DNA from: Eledone cirrhosa
Lineage: Eukaryota
Length of the DNA: 64,000 bases
Reading direction: 5' to 3'
Assembly (NCBI GenBank): GCA_964016885.1
Contig: OZ024746.1
Location: 35,898,001 to 35,962,000 of the forward strand
The notes below the pieces were generated by a model, which saw only the letters and a program-made list of their open reading frames with translations, was not told the DNA's origin and did not search any database. This document shows positions 13,913 to 25,430 of this stretch, in pieces (position 1 is the first letter of the stretch; every line of letters begins with the position of its first letter). The position numbers and the translations under genes were made by a program.

Positions 13913-14838
13913 AACAAAGTCAATCTGTAAACGCAGAACTGGATATTTCAAAAAACGTTGCAACCGGAGGAAGACAGGAAGACGATACTTTGGTTCATGG
14001 TGACGTTCGCTGGCAAAGAACGGGAAAAAACGAATAATACGTCTTTAATAGGAGCGGTGAAAAACAATTACGTGCAAGGACAGTACCACGTTTATGGTAT
14101 AAAAGAGGTCGTAGACTAATGTTCTCTAAGTGGTGCATAGAGACGTTCTCTGGCAATGAACGAAAAAAAGAAGATAATAAGTCATATGTGGAGCGTGGAG
14201 AACAATAGCGTGCAAAGACAAAACCACGTAAATGGTATAGCAGAAGTCGTAGACTAAAATTCTAACTAGGAGACCGAATGAATCTCCGCTACAGAGTTAA
14301 GAACAAAGTAAATAAATACAATACAGAAGTAATAGGAACAAATAAATACATACACGCAAACAGATACGTACATACACAAGCATACGCAAAACCTTACCAT
14401 AGGTATACAAAACCACGCTCATATAAATATGTGTATGTGTGTATGCTTGTGTACAAATAAATAAATAATTATATAAACGTATATAAGTAAATAAATACGT
14501 ATATAACAAGCGCACACACATACCTACAAATAAATACATGAAGGTTCGGAGACGTAAGTCAACTAAAACAAGAAGTACACATATACACACACCCACCATA
14601 CGTACGAACCTGCATACTCACGCAGACGCAAAACTCCCATATACACATAACCAAGCCCTAAATACCAGAATATGTAAAAATTATACGCCAAAACAGTCAA
14701 ATATACGTACGAGAAGGTATACATACCTTCACAAAACATACGGGTAATATATACTTACCTATGCAAATAAGTAAAGGAATAAACAAAACATATACCTAGC
14801 TCCCACATCAAGACGTAAATATCCACGTATAGATCGTG

Positions 14839-16314
14839 CTATCCATTAGGGTATAACGTAGGGCTGTAATACAGGAAAGTTTTGTGCAATTTATGTTTAC
14901 AAGCCGAAATTGCGTCAGATTTTTTGTTTAAGATGTGGTCTGTGGCGTAGAGTATTTCCAGGGCCTCAGCGGCGCAGAGATAACATGGTCTTTTATTTCC
15001 GTTATACGATCTAGCCCTAGCTAGGATCTCCCAGTGTAACTTATATTGGGTGTGGTTGTCTTTTAGACTCCAGATATAAGCTGAAAGTGACGTCATATTC
15101 CTTCTTAGAGGGTAACGAAAAGAATGGGTGTGCATGTAAAGACGCTGCTTGAAACTATTGGCGGTTAACCCTATGTAGGCCCTACGGGACGTGGGTGTTA
15201 CAACCTTACATTTGTAGACAATGTGACTAGAGAGGCATTTCCCGGATAGGGGACAATCAGCCCGATTCCTACAATTACAGTTAGTACTAACTACAGGGTT
15301 GCACGTGTTCCTACGGCTAGGTATTTTAGCTAAATTTGAAGCTGTGATCTTATGTGCAAGGTTAGGAGTCGTTGAGTAAGACATTTTAATAGTGTTTCTA
15401 TTAAAGATTTTACTATATTTATGTGTAGGGGGAAAATGCTTCGTAATAAGGGAAAGAAAGATCTTAGCTAATGGTGTGGCCACCTCCATAATATATGGTG
15501 GGTTAAACCAACAAATGCGACGGGATCTATTTCTTCTAGGTCTATACTCGTACTCTGTATATGCTACCTTATCGACAAATCCACTTCGAGTAAGAGCTTC
15601 ATTGTAATAAGTGGAATGGTCGTTGAAAATGCGCTCGTTGGTGGAAAGACGGGAAAGCCTCAACGGAACGTTTTTTACCAGGTTCTTGGTTATGCTGGCA
15701 GGATGGTTGGAATGCTTACTTATGTAATTAAGCGTATCAATCGGCTTTCTATACGGGTAATGCAACCCATTCAATAAATTGAGGGTAACGTCGAGGTAAT
15801 TAACGACAGAGATATTGGCCTCAACCTGTACAGAGAGGTTGAAGCCTTTAAAGAAAGGCTGTGAGTTCTTTTCTGAATCTGTCGCAAGCACGAGGTCCGC
15901 ACTTAGTCATGGTCAAAAGGCCATCGTCACGGTACAAACCACCGCCCGCGTTGGGGAATTCGTCCTTGATAGAGAAAAGAAGGAAAAGGCCAATAAGATC
16001 AGTAACCTCCGCAGAGTCACTGGCGCCCATACTCACGTCGAATGGGGTACTATTGGATTTTTTAATCCAAATAGAATCGTCGAAATTAATCACCGACTTT
16101 CGGGCATTAAGGATGACATCAACTTCGAAATCCTTAACCACTGTGAATGTTTTAGTGAAATTGATAGCTCTAAGGAGAAGTGGTAAAGTGATGGAGGAGT
16201 AGTAATTGTTGATGTCGAATTGGATAAAACGGCAATGTTCCTTGTTACATATGCCGTTGAACCAATCAATCACCGCGAAAGAATTGTTCCACAGTGCGAG
16301 AGGGGCCAAATTTC
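14839..16314 (-). pseudogene. PLE RT core + GIY-YIG endonuclease, one frameshift near 15855
   Basis: ORFs 15848-16309 and 14839-15891 join as ELTAFFKGFNL if one T is removed from GCCTTTCTTTAAA. Confidence 0.9.
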
Positions 16315-17051
16315 ATCAACTACTACATAATGCTGTAACTAAGGATTACCGTAAAACTAATCGGTGTGTTATCAATGAAATCAACGATGCTGTGTTTAAA
16401 ATCACATCTGATCTCAACATCCTGGACCGAACCGAACCCCTGGACCCTATCTCTCCCCACTTTACCCTGAAGGACCACAAATCCAATTTTCCGTACAACC
16501 CCTCTATTCGGCTTATTAACCCTACGAAGTCCGATTTAGGTAGACTTAGTAAAACGATTCTTGATAGAATTATACCTGAAAATAGAAATTTGGCCCCTCT
16601 CGCACTGTGGAACAATTCTAGGAATCGGGCTGATTGTCCCCTATCCGGGAAATGCCTCTCTAGTCACATTGTCTACAAATGTAAGGTTGTAACACCCACG
16701 TCCCGTAGGGCCTACATAGGGTTAACCGCCAATAGTTTCAAGCAGCGTCTTTACATGCACACCCATTCTTTTCGTTACCCTCTAAGAAGGAATATGACGT
16801 CACTTTCAGCTTATATCTGGAGTCTAAAAGACAACCACACCCAATATAAGTTACACTGGGAGATCCTAGCTAGGGCTAGATCGTATAACGGAAATAAAAG
16901 ATCATGTTACCTCTGCGCCGCTGAGGCCCTGGAAATACTCTACGCCACAGACCACATCTTAAACAAAAAATCTGACGCAATTTCGGCTTGTAAACATAAA
17001 TTGCACAAAACTTTCCTGTATTACAGCCCTACGTTATACCCTAATGGATAG
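16206..17051 (+). CDS. Chimeric ORF: PLE RT N-terminal segment fused in frame to GIY-YIG domain
   Basis: TLKDHKSNFPYNPSIRLINPTKSDLG...LWNNS runs directly into RNRADCPLSGKC; junction 16618/16619; no ATG-initiated N-terminus evident. Confidence 0.7.
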   Translation: MLMSNWIKRQCSLLHMPLNQSITAKELFHSARGAKFHQLLHNAVTKDYRKTNRCVINEINDAVFKITSDLNILDRTEPLDPISPHFTLKDHKSNFPYNPSIRLINPTKSDLGRLSKTILDRIIPENRNLAPLALWNNSRNRADCPLSGKCLSSHIVYKCKVVTPTSRRAYIGLTANSFKQRLYMHTHSFRYPLRRNMTSLSAYIWSLKDNHTQYKLHWEILARARSYNGNKRSCYLCAAEALEILYATDHILNKKSDAISACKHKLHKTFLYYSPTLYPNG

Positions 17052-17977
17052 CACGATCTATACGTGGATATTTACGTCTTGATGTGGGAGCTAGGTATAT
17101 GTTTTGTTTATTCCTTTACTTATTTGCATAGGTAAGTATATATTACCCGTATGTTTTGTGAAGGTATGTATACCTTCTCGTACGTATATTTGACTGTTTT
17201 GGCGTATAATTTTTACATATTCTGGTATTTAGGGCTTGGTTATGTGTATATGGGAGTTTTGCGTCTGCGTGAGTATGCAGGTTCGTACGTATGGTGGGTG
17301 TGTGTATATGTGTACTTCTTGTTTTAGTTGACTTACGTCTCCGAACCTTCATGTATTTATTTGTAGGTATGTGTGTGCGCTTGTTATATACGTATTTATT
17401 TACTTATATACGTTTATATAATTATTTATTTATTTGTACACAAGCATACACACATACACATATTTATATGTGCGTGGTTTTGTATACCTATGGTAAGGTT
17501 TTGCGTATGCTTGTGTATGTACGTATCTGTTTGCGTGTATGTATTTATTTGTTCCTATTACTTCTGTATTGTATTTATTTACTTTGTTCTTAACTCTGTA
17601 GCGGAGATTCATTCGGTCTCCTAGTTAGAATTTTAGTCTACGACTTCTGCTATACCATTTACGTGGTTTTGTCTTTGCACGCTATTGTTCTCCACGCTCC
17701 ACATATGACTTATTATCTTCGTTTTTTCGTTCATTGCCAGAGAACGTCTCTATGCACCACTTAGAGAACATTAGTCTACGACCTCTTTTATACCATAAAC
17801 GTGGTACTGTCCTTGCACGTAATTGTTTTTCACCGCTCCAATTAATGACGTATTATTCGTTTTTTCCCGTTCTTTGCCAGCGAACGTCACCATGAACCAA
17901 AGTATCGTCTTCCTGTCTTCCTCCGGTTGCAACGTTTTTTGAAATATCCAGTTCTGCGTTTACAGATTGACTTTGTT

Positions 17978-18028
17978 AGTTTCAGAAGATCCCGTTAAGG
18001 GTGAAAGCAGCGATTCTTTGCTTAAACT
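17978..18028 (+). ncRNA. Variant type I hammerhead (CAGAAGA core) in PLE 3' region
   Basis: AGTTT-CAGAAGA-tCCC gttaa GGGt-GAAA-GCAG cgattct TTGC-TT-AAACT. Confidence 0.65.
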
Positions 18029-18039
18029 TTAATCTGTTA

Positions 18040-18103
<64 letters not shown>

Positions 18104-18108
<5 letters not shown>

Positions 18109-18286
18109 GTTTCTACTTTTGGCACAAGGCCAGCAATAAATCAGTACATTACTGGTATTTTATTTTATCCACCCCGTAAGGATGAAAGGCAAAGTTAACC
18201 TCGCCGGGATTTGAACTCGGATCGTAAAGGGTCGTAACTCTTTGCGTCAATGCATGGCGTCCGACCCTCTATTTATACTGCCAATC
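18104..18286 (-). mobile_element. SINE family A
   Basis: Full consensus match. Confidence 0.9.
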
Positions 18287-18493
18287 TAATATATATATAA
18301 TGAAATAAAGTTAAGTGGAAATATTCAATAATAAGTGCACTCAGTCCATAGGACGAATTTAGTATGGATAAATACAACGGTGACATAAACAGCTACTCAC
18401 ATTTCTTTGGTTTCTGGGCCCCAATTGCTTCAGCCCCACGTGACAGGCTGAAGAAATTGGGGCCCAGAACCGGTTCATGTCACTGTTGTAATC

Positions 18494-18523
<30 letters not shown>

Positions 18524-18528
<5 letters not shown>

Positions 18529-18897
18529 AAATTGAGGTTGGTAATGGCACATGGAATATATAAGAGACAGAATACTTTTTTGTGAAAAAACATATAATTT
18601 TATAAGGTAAGGAAATAATATAGGGTATAAAAAATGACCGGTTTCGATGGGTCTGCAAAAGCCATCTTTTCAAATGTTGATTAATATTATTCATTTTTCT
18701 TAATATTAATCAACATTTGAAAAGATGGCTTTTGCAGACCCATCGAAACCGGTCATTTTTTATACCCTTTATTATTTCCTTACCTTATAAAATTATATGT
18801 TTTTTCACAAAAAAGTATTCTGTCTCTTATATATTCCATGTGCCATTACCAACCTCAATTTTCTCTATAACCTTCGTTTTGTGTAGTAAATTACACT

Positions 18898-18901
<4 letters not shown>
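18524..18901 (+). mobile_element. Palindromic PLE-type end: 166-bp arms, 11-nt loop, 35-bp tail
   Basis: Arms 18524-18689 and 18701-18866, one mismatch seen; microsatellite flanks; absent from the paralogous site at 12855-12868. Confidence 0.85.
18712..18759 (+). ncRNA. Minimal hammerhead with U3-A8 core variant (mirror copy 18631-18678, minus)
   Basis: AACAT-TTGAAAA-GATGG...CCATC-GAAA-CCGGTC-ATTTT; palindromic ACCGGT stem III; GUC triplet; stem I has one mismatch. Confidence 0.6.
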
Positions 18902-18985
<84 letters not shown>

Positions 18986-19199
18986 CGAATGAATGAAGGT
19001 TAACACGGATAAGCTATACAATAAAGATTTATTTCAAGCATTAACATATGTTTCATTGACTAGTGTGTAATTGGTTCCGTGATAAAATCGCTATCATAAA
19101 TGTTATTGTAAAATTCGATTTTAAATACTGCTTATATCAAGCCAATTATCAAAACACTGCTTTTGCATTGATGCGTATTAATAGAATGTCATATAAACT

Positions 19200-19900
19200 T
19201 TAAGATGAAAAAGAAAAGAAATAAACTTAGGGATTTACATTTCTGATTGGTAATATAAAAGATAAAATGATATGTTAATATAAATGAAGAATGATGTATA
19301 CAATGAGTGTAATAATAATTTAAAAAATAGTAAATAATAAATGATACCACATGCGAAGCGAGGAAAAGAGGAGAGTAGAGGATGGTATACTGAGAGTGTT
19401 CTCGTATGTTCAATGTAGGTGTGTCGTTAGATTGTCAGCTTCTCTTGCATCTGATTGGTTAAGAGTTCGTCCTTTCATGCCGTTGGACTGGTGGATGCAG
19501 TTGGTTTCTTAAGTACTTTGTTTATTTCGGGTTTAATTGTTTTTTGGGGATTAATGTTAGATTAACGGCCATGTTTGCAAGATACGGTATCATAGACGCC
19601 CATTTTATCGAGATGCGGCGCCCTTTTTATCGAGATGAGGTAGATATTTCAGAATATCTAGTGTCGCCAAGTTTTTAAATATTATAAATCTGGGAAATTG
19701 TAATGTTTATATAAACAGTTAGAGTATTGGATCGAATGCTGTCTATTTTGGTTCGTAGTTTCATGAATGTGCTGGAGTATTTGTGTCGACAATATATCGT
19801 GCGTTCTATCTTGTTATTTAATAATTTCTTATGCAGTAAAATATGGAGTAAGCCCATATTACATAATTTGCATTGCGACATCCCGCGAGTGAAAGACCTG
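19200..19900 (-). mobile_element. Possible highly decayed PLE fragment
   Basis: NARYIVDT and IKPEIN in broken frames, followed by an AT-rich tail. Confidence 0.3.
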
Positions 19901-20614
19901 GCATTAAATAATTTAGACGAAACTATTTTGTATTCTTATTTGTTATACGCCAGCGTCGTTGTACTTGTATCTGCTTATGCAGATACTAGCGTTTCTTGAA
20001 TTTTATTTAGTTGCAGAATCTATGTAGAACTATTGAAAATATACAAATGTATTTGTTTGCATATGTGTGTGTTCTATGTGTGCGTGTATACATAAATGTG
20101 TATGTTATGATTTGGAATTACATTTTTTACTATTCATAATATGTAAAGAATCAGATATAAATTCTACAAAATGGATAAATAGACCTTACATATTTTAATA
20201 TATATATTTACCCTTTCTTTCGTAAAAAAAATCAAAAATATCAGCACCTAATAATAAAAAAAATAGGAAAGAATAGTTTGAATTTTCTAATAAGAAATCA
20301 GCCATAAGTTGCAAATATACAATAATCTAGGAATTTCTTAAATATATATAAATACTGAAAGCCGTTAAAAATATTAAGTAGAACCATTAGTGTTAGACAT
20401 TTCTCTCAATTAACAGAATTAAATAACATAAAATCAATTCAGTAAGATAATTAAAGAGATAATCTAATTGAATTGCTCTAATATATTGATTAAATATATG
20501 GCGGAATAGATAAGATATGTTTTATCGTTACTCATAATTAAAAAAATATAAGGTAAAGATATAATTATCCGTGCGTGTGTTATTTGAGTAGTGAATTGAA
20601 GAATATAAACTTAC

Positions 20615-20712
20615 AAGTTATAGAAAAAGGGCGTTCTTCGCGATGGTTTCTTATATATTGGTAAATATATTAAGATTTTGAATTTCCATGTATAGAACAG
20701 TAATAAACTATA
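20615..20712 (-). CDS. Internal exon (YSLLLFYTWKFKILIYLPIYKKPSRRTPFFYN), phase 0 to 2
   Basis: Acceptor ttttctctcaatgcag, donor |GTAAGT, 98 bp open. Confidence 0.75.
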
Positions 20713-21996
20713 CTGCATTGAGAGAAAAACAACAGCAAAGTACCTTAATCCGAATGTTCAAACATGAAGTGGACATAGAGATAAAAATAATTCTACATCC
20801 CGTTACTTATTGGATATAGTGAGTAGAATGATAATGTGCGCATTAGCATTATGTTGGGTCCGACAATGAGTGTGTATATAATTTATTCACCGGAACTGCC
20901 TGCTCAGGAAATTAACGTACATGTGGATGGGCTTGCCACAGAAGCCTATAGCTTTAACGCATTTCTCAGCGAGATTCAACTTGACAGGGTACGGAAAAAA
21001 TCACATATATATCTTAATTCATTTACAAATATATAAGAAAGCAAATAAAAAAATACCAACATTCTATAACTTATAATTTAATATTCGATTCACTACTCCA
21101 ATATCACACCGACGAGTAATTATATCTTCACGTTATATATGTAAATGATTAATAACTGTTAAACATATATTCTCTATTGCGACATATAATTGAATTGCAG
21201 GTATACTGGAGTAACTGGAAATAAACTAACATTCACGAGGAGACGAAGCGCTTAAAGGAACCAATTGCAACACATCGGATGCTTACTACGTACCATCAAG
21301 CATTATTTCTCCTATAACTTATATTGCCCATTGAATATCAATACGCATTTTTAATTCATAATCAACGTTTAGTTTATGCTGATTTCCTGATAGATTGGCA
21401 AATAGCCTTTCTGTTTCATTCATATGTTTCTTTCAGTTATTAGCTGTACTGCGTTTGAGATGTGTTATTTTGCATACTATATCTCTCAGATCAATACTTT
21501 TTATACATTTTACTTATAATGGGCGAAGGTTTCTCATATATATTACCAAATATTATCCTCATATGTTATAGGTGTACATATTTTCCACATCCTTGTATGT
21601 ATTCTATCATTCCAAATATGTTGCTTGTGGATGTTGTTGAGAGAAACAGATAAATATATTTTCTTTTTTAAATAGCCAGCAATGAATCTGCATACTTTCG
21701 CTGAACTATATTGTATCTACTCCACACCAAATCAGTTAATATGGGAGAAGCGAATGTGATTCGTATGGACTATCATTTAAGTTCTCTTTTGAGTTTACTA
21801 TTTGATTTTGTCTCTTGTTTGAGAGAGGTTGATATACATTAAGCAATGTTCTCCCTGCAACAACTAAATTTGATTTCCTTTATTATTTTCCTGTATTCCT
21901 TGGTGAGATGTGTAGAAATGTGTTTGTTCATACATGATAAGTATCTCCAAATAGCTTAGAATTTTCTTCATCAAACATATTTGTGTTGTTTTAGAA

Positions 21997-22188
21997 ATTA
22001 ATTGTTTCTACTTTAGGCATAAGGCCAGCAATTACCCAGCACATTACTGATACTTTATTTTATCGACCCCATAAGGATGAAAGGCAAAGTTAACCTCGGC
22101 GGGATTTGAACTCAGACTGTAAAGGGACGTAACTATGCTAGAAAGCATGGCGTCCAACCCTCTACCGATACTGCCAATCCACCGCCCT
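21997..22188 (-). mobile_element. SINE family A, full length, with TSD tgttgttttagaaattaat
   Basis: A and B boxes, core, tail, flanking direct repeat. Confidence 0.92.
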
Positions 22189-23716
22189 TGTTGTTTTAGA
22201 AATTAATGATGGTGGTTTATGGATTGGTTTAAGCCCATTATGTCTTTATTGCCTTCAAAATAACGCTTAACTGTTGTCGAAATGAAGTAAAGCAGATGAT
22301 TATTTGCAAAAATGATGGTCCATTAAATCTTGGAAATGTCGTTAATCACAATCAACTTCGGCTTTCTTTTTTTTTTTAAATTAACGGTAGATAAATAAAG
22401 TTCGTCATGTAACCGCCGACCACGAAGGATATCAATCTTCGCTTAAGCCAATCCATTAACAGTATATTTCAGATATTTTTACGTCTCTCCCGCTGCTCAT
22501 TACATTTATTTGTGTAGTGCATCCTACTATGGCGCATTACAAATTTCTTGCAATCACATATATAAGCCTGTGTGTATATATATGTATATATGAATGTTCT
22601 ATATATGTATGAATATATGAATACATGTATGTATGTTTCTATGCATGTATGTATGAATATATATATATGTATGTTTATGTGTATGCATGTATGTATGTAA
22701 GTGTTTGTGTTATGAATATGTGTGTGTGTGTGTCTGTGCTGCACATAACAATGTTGATAATTAACTTAAGAACACTGCCATTCAGAGGAACAACGCATCT
22801 TGTGCTATTTGTGTTGCTGCTTTTTAGACACGTGGTGCTCTTTTCAGCTAATATCATATGTTGTCAGTGCTGATTTCTGAAAGTCATATTAGCTGAAAGA
22901 TCACAACCAGCTAAATTTTGAAACTTTATAAAATACATTATAAGAATAGAGCACCGTTTCAGGTTAGAAAGTATAACATCAAACATGTTATTACAATTTC
23001 TACAAACATTCTTGATTTTCCACTTCAGGTGAAACCTGAAACTTTTCATCAGCCTTTCATACCAGACCACCACACCACCTTTTTTGCCATGGCCACAAAG
23101 CAGATAAAAACTGCCATTCTATCCCGGCTAGGAGTTGGGGCAATTTTCATAATGGACTCAGCTGAAATACAAATCAGTTCCACCCGTGACAGCAGGTGAT
23201 CGGCATAAACACACGTGTCAGAAGCACATGATCACTCAATGAGAGTGTGAATGAGGATTCTGTCGATCGATAAGCCTGCATCTCGAACTATCAATTTTCC
23301 ATTGTAGCACTCCCAGGCCAACGATTTCTGGAAGTCACTCATGATTCCTAGACCGAAATTTCTCCGGGAAAGTGTGGACACTTGATTTGCATCAACGCGA
23401 AGTGTTCCTCCCTGAAATCATCGCTTTTACCCGTAACTAAATCTCTCTGGAACGTCAAGTTTAAACGAATCACAAGGTTCCATTAATTGTGAGCTGTACA
23501 AGCTCGAAAACATTCTAATTTTGATGCGCACACTTAATGTCATCGCTTGACCCATGGCTGCAGCTCTACCAAGGAGACGTGCCGGAATAAACGCATCTAG
23601 CGTACACGCCCATTTACCGTCAATATAATGCTTGAGATATCACAGCTTCAGCGCATCTTTTCACATTATCAGCAACATCATGTCCAGTTCTCCACGCAGC
23701 AATATTTATATTAATA

Positions 23717-25430
23717 ACTAGCAGTGGTACCCGGCGTTGCACGGGATAAGGTATTTTGGAACGCGGGCCGCCAACAGACCTAAACGTGGAAAAACTGCAT
23801 GCCACGACAATATGTAAAGAAAATAAACCGAATATTATGATGGCTGGATAACCTTTAAGATTTTCTTCGATGAAGAAGGAAAAATGCAGGTTCTCACCTA
23901 ATGCGGACCCTAGAGCATGAGGAAAAGGATTTTTTTTATATGCATAATATGCCTTGAAATTTCGGAAAAATCGGCTGGACGTAACGCCTAAAAAAGCCCT
24001 GAAAACATGAAATAATGAAGTTGTTCAACTAATGCAGGCCCGAAGCATTAGTTGAACAAGCTGGAATTTCTTTGCTCACGGTATGAAAAAGAGAGTGACT
24101 AATACATATTACAATTTCAAGGGAATCGCTCTGACATAACGCCTCAAAATACCCCTAAAAAGCTGAAATGCGGGCCCTAGGGATCAAAAAGTTGAATTTT
24201 TTATGTGCATAACACTCCCTGAAACATACCGGGGGCCTCCAACATACCTAATCATGGAAAATCTGCATGCCTGGACAATATGTAAAGAAAATAAACCATA
24301 TACTCTGATGCAGTTAGTATTAGGTATGCTTCTCCTTCCGCGTGGAGAAAATCGGCTTTGTGCTTTTGTACTTTAATAAAGTGGCATGAGTCAGCAGGAC
24401 AGATGTTACCACTTATGTCAGAGAGGAATCTGCAATGCTTGAGCAAGGCATGACGTGGAATCGGACAGCATGTGGTGCCTCCACGAAGGAGTCCACCGCA
24501 CCTTAGTAAGTAAACGCAACTGGACAATCGTTTACCAAACTGTGGGTATAGTTTAACACATTTAAAGAAGAATGGTGCAATAAAATGGGCCCCGAGGCGT
24601 GTGCCCGTTCACTGGCAGCCCTAAACGAAAGGGTCGCCATCAGCTATTTCAAGGGCCCTTAAAAGGGCCGTGTAACCCGTTCACTGACACCCCAGTAGGA
24701 AGAGTAACCACCAAACACTGTGAAAACTGAAGCTATTATAGCGATGTTTTTCTTTACCGGCTTTAATTTTTAGTGTTGTGTGAAATATATAACCTGCAAA
24801 CCTGATTTTTGAATCGCAGAAGGATCGATTTTATTTCATTCGTTCCACTAAAAGTTGGATTTTCTTTGCTCACGGTATGAAGATGAGACTGACTAATACA
24901 TAGTTACCGGCTTTCATTGTTAGTGTAGTGTGAAATATATAACCGCCTTAGCCAAGCTTAGTATTGCCACAATCACGGCTTGCAAAGAAGTAAGTGTTTG
25001 GTGGTACGTAAGTAAGCAACACTGTGGCTTAAAACGTAAGGAAGAAGTGTGCACTTACCAACTGTTTGGGGAATGAGTGTTAGATTTGTCTTGAGCAAGG
25101 GTGGCGGAATAACCGGAGGCAGTAGGCTGTTAGTGGAAAATCTGCCCGCAGAGGGAATTTTGGGAAGTGACGTACGCAGACAGCCAGATATACAGACATC
25201 TATCTAAAAAGAGAAAGACTAAGAATTATAGAGAGAGATCGCTAAATCTCCTAATGCGGTCCCTAGGGCATTGACAATTTGAAATCTTTTTTTGCTCAGA
25301 ACACTCCCTGAAACCTACTTATTACATGTAAAGTTTTAAAAGAGTCGGGTGGGTGCTTCTAGAGTTTTGGGGATTCACACTTACACACACACATACATAC
25401 CTCCTCAGTTATATATATATATATATATAT
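23717..25430 (+). mobile_element. Helentron-associated (HINE/Lep1-like) non-autonomous element
   Basis: Starts ACTAGCAGTGG then hairpin TACCCG...CGGGA; internal subrepeats (CTAATGCGGxCCCTAG, AACACTCCCTGAAAC); ends with a CA/CATA tract and TA. Confidence 0.65.

Larger units (their letters stand above)
13752..18047. mobile_element. Penelope-like retroelement (Naiad-like), 5'-truncated, with inverted pseudo-LTR, inserted in (TA)n
   Basis: RT motifs (QFDINNYYSSI, FDVSMGA, LYRDDGL, YLDVTLNL) and GIY-YIG (CNCRNRADCPLSGKC, IVYK, AYIGLT). Arms 13843-15271 and 16619-18047 are near-identical reverse complements. (TA)n on both sides. Confidence 0.93.

Noticed and set aside
14839-18047. Selenocysteine recoding, as known in some Naiad PLEs
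   Set aside because: No in-frame TGA in the visible ORFs and no convincing SECIS by eye; a SECIS search was not run.
21997-22188. tRNA gene
   Set aside because: A and B boxes belong to SINE heads; no cloverleaf.
22860-23700. GC-richer stretch resembling a TE remnant
   Set aside because: No recognisable protein motif or termini found.
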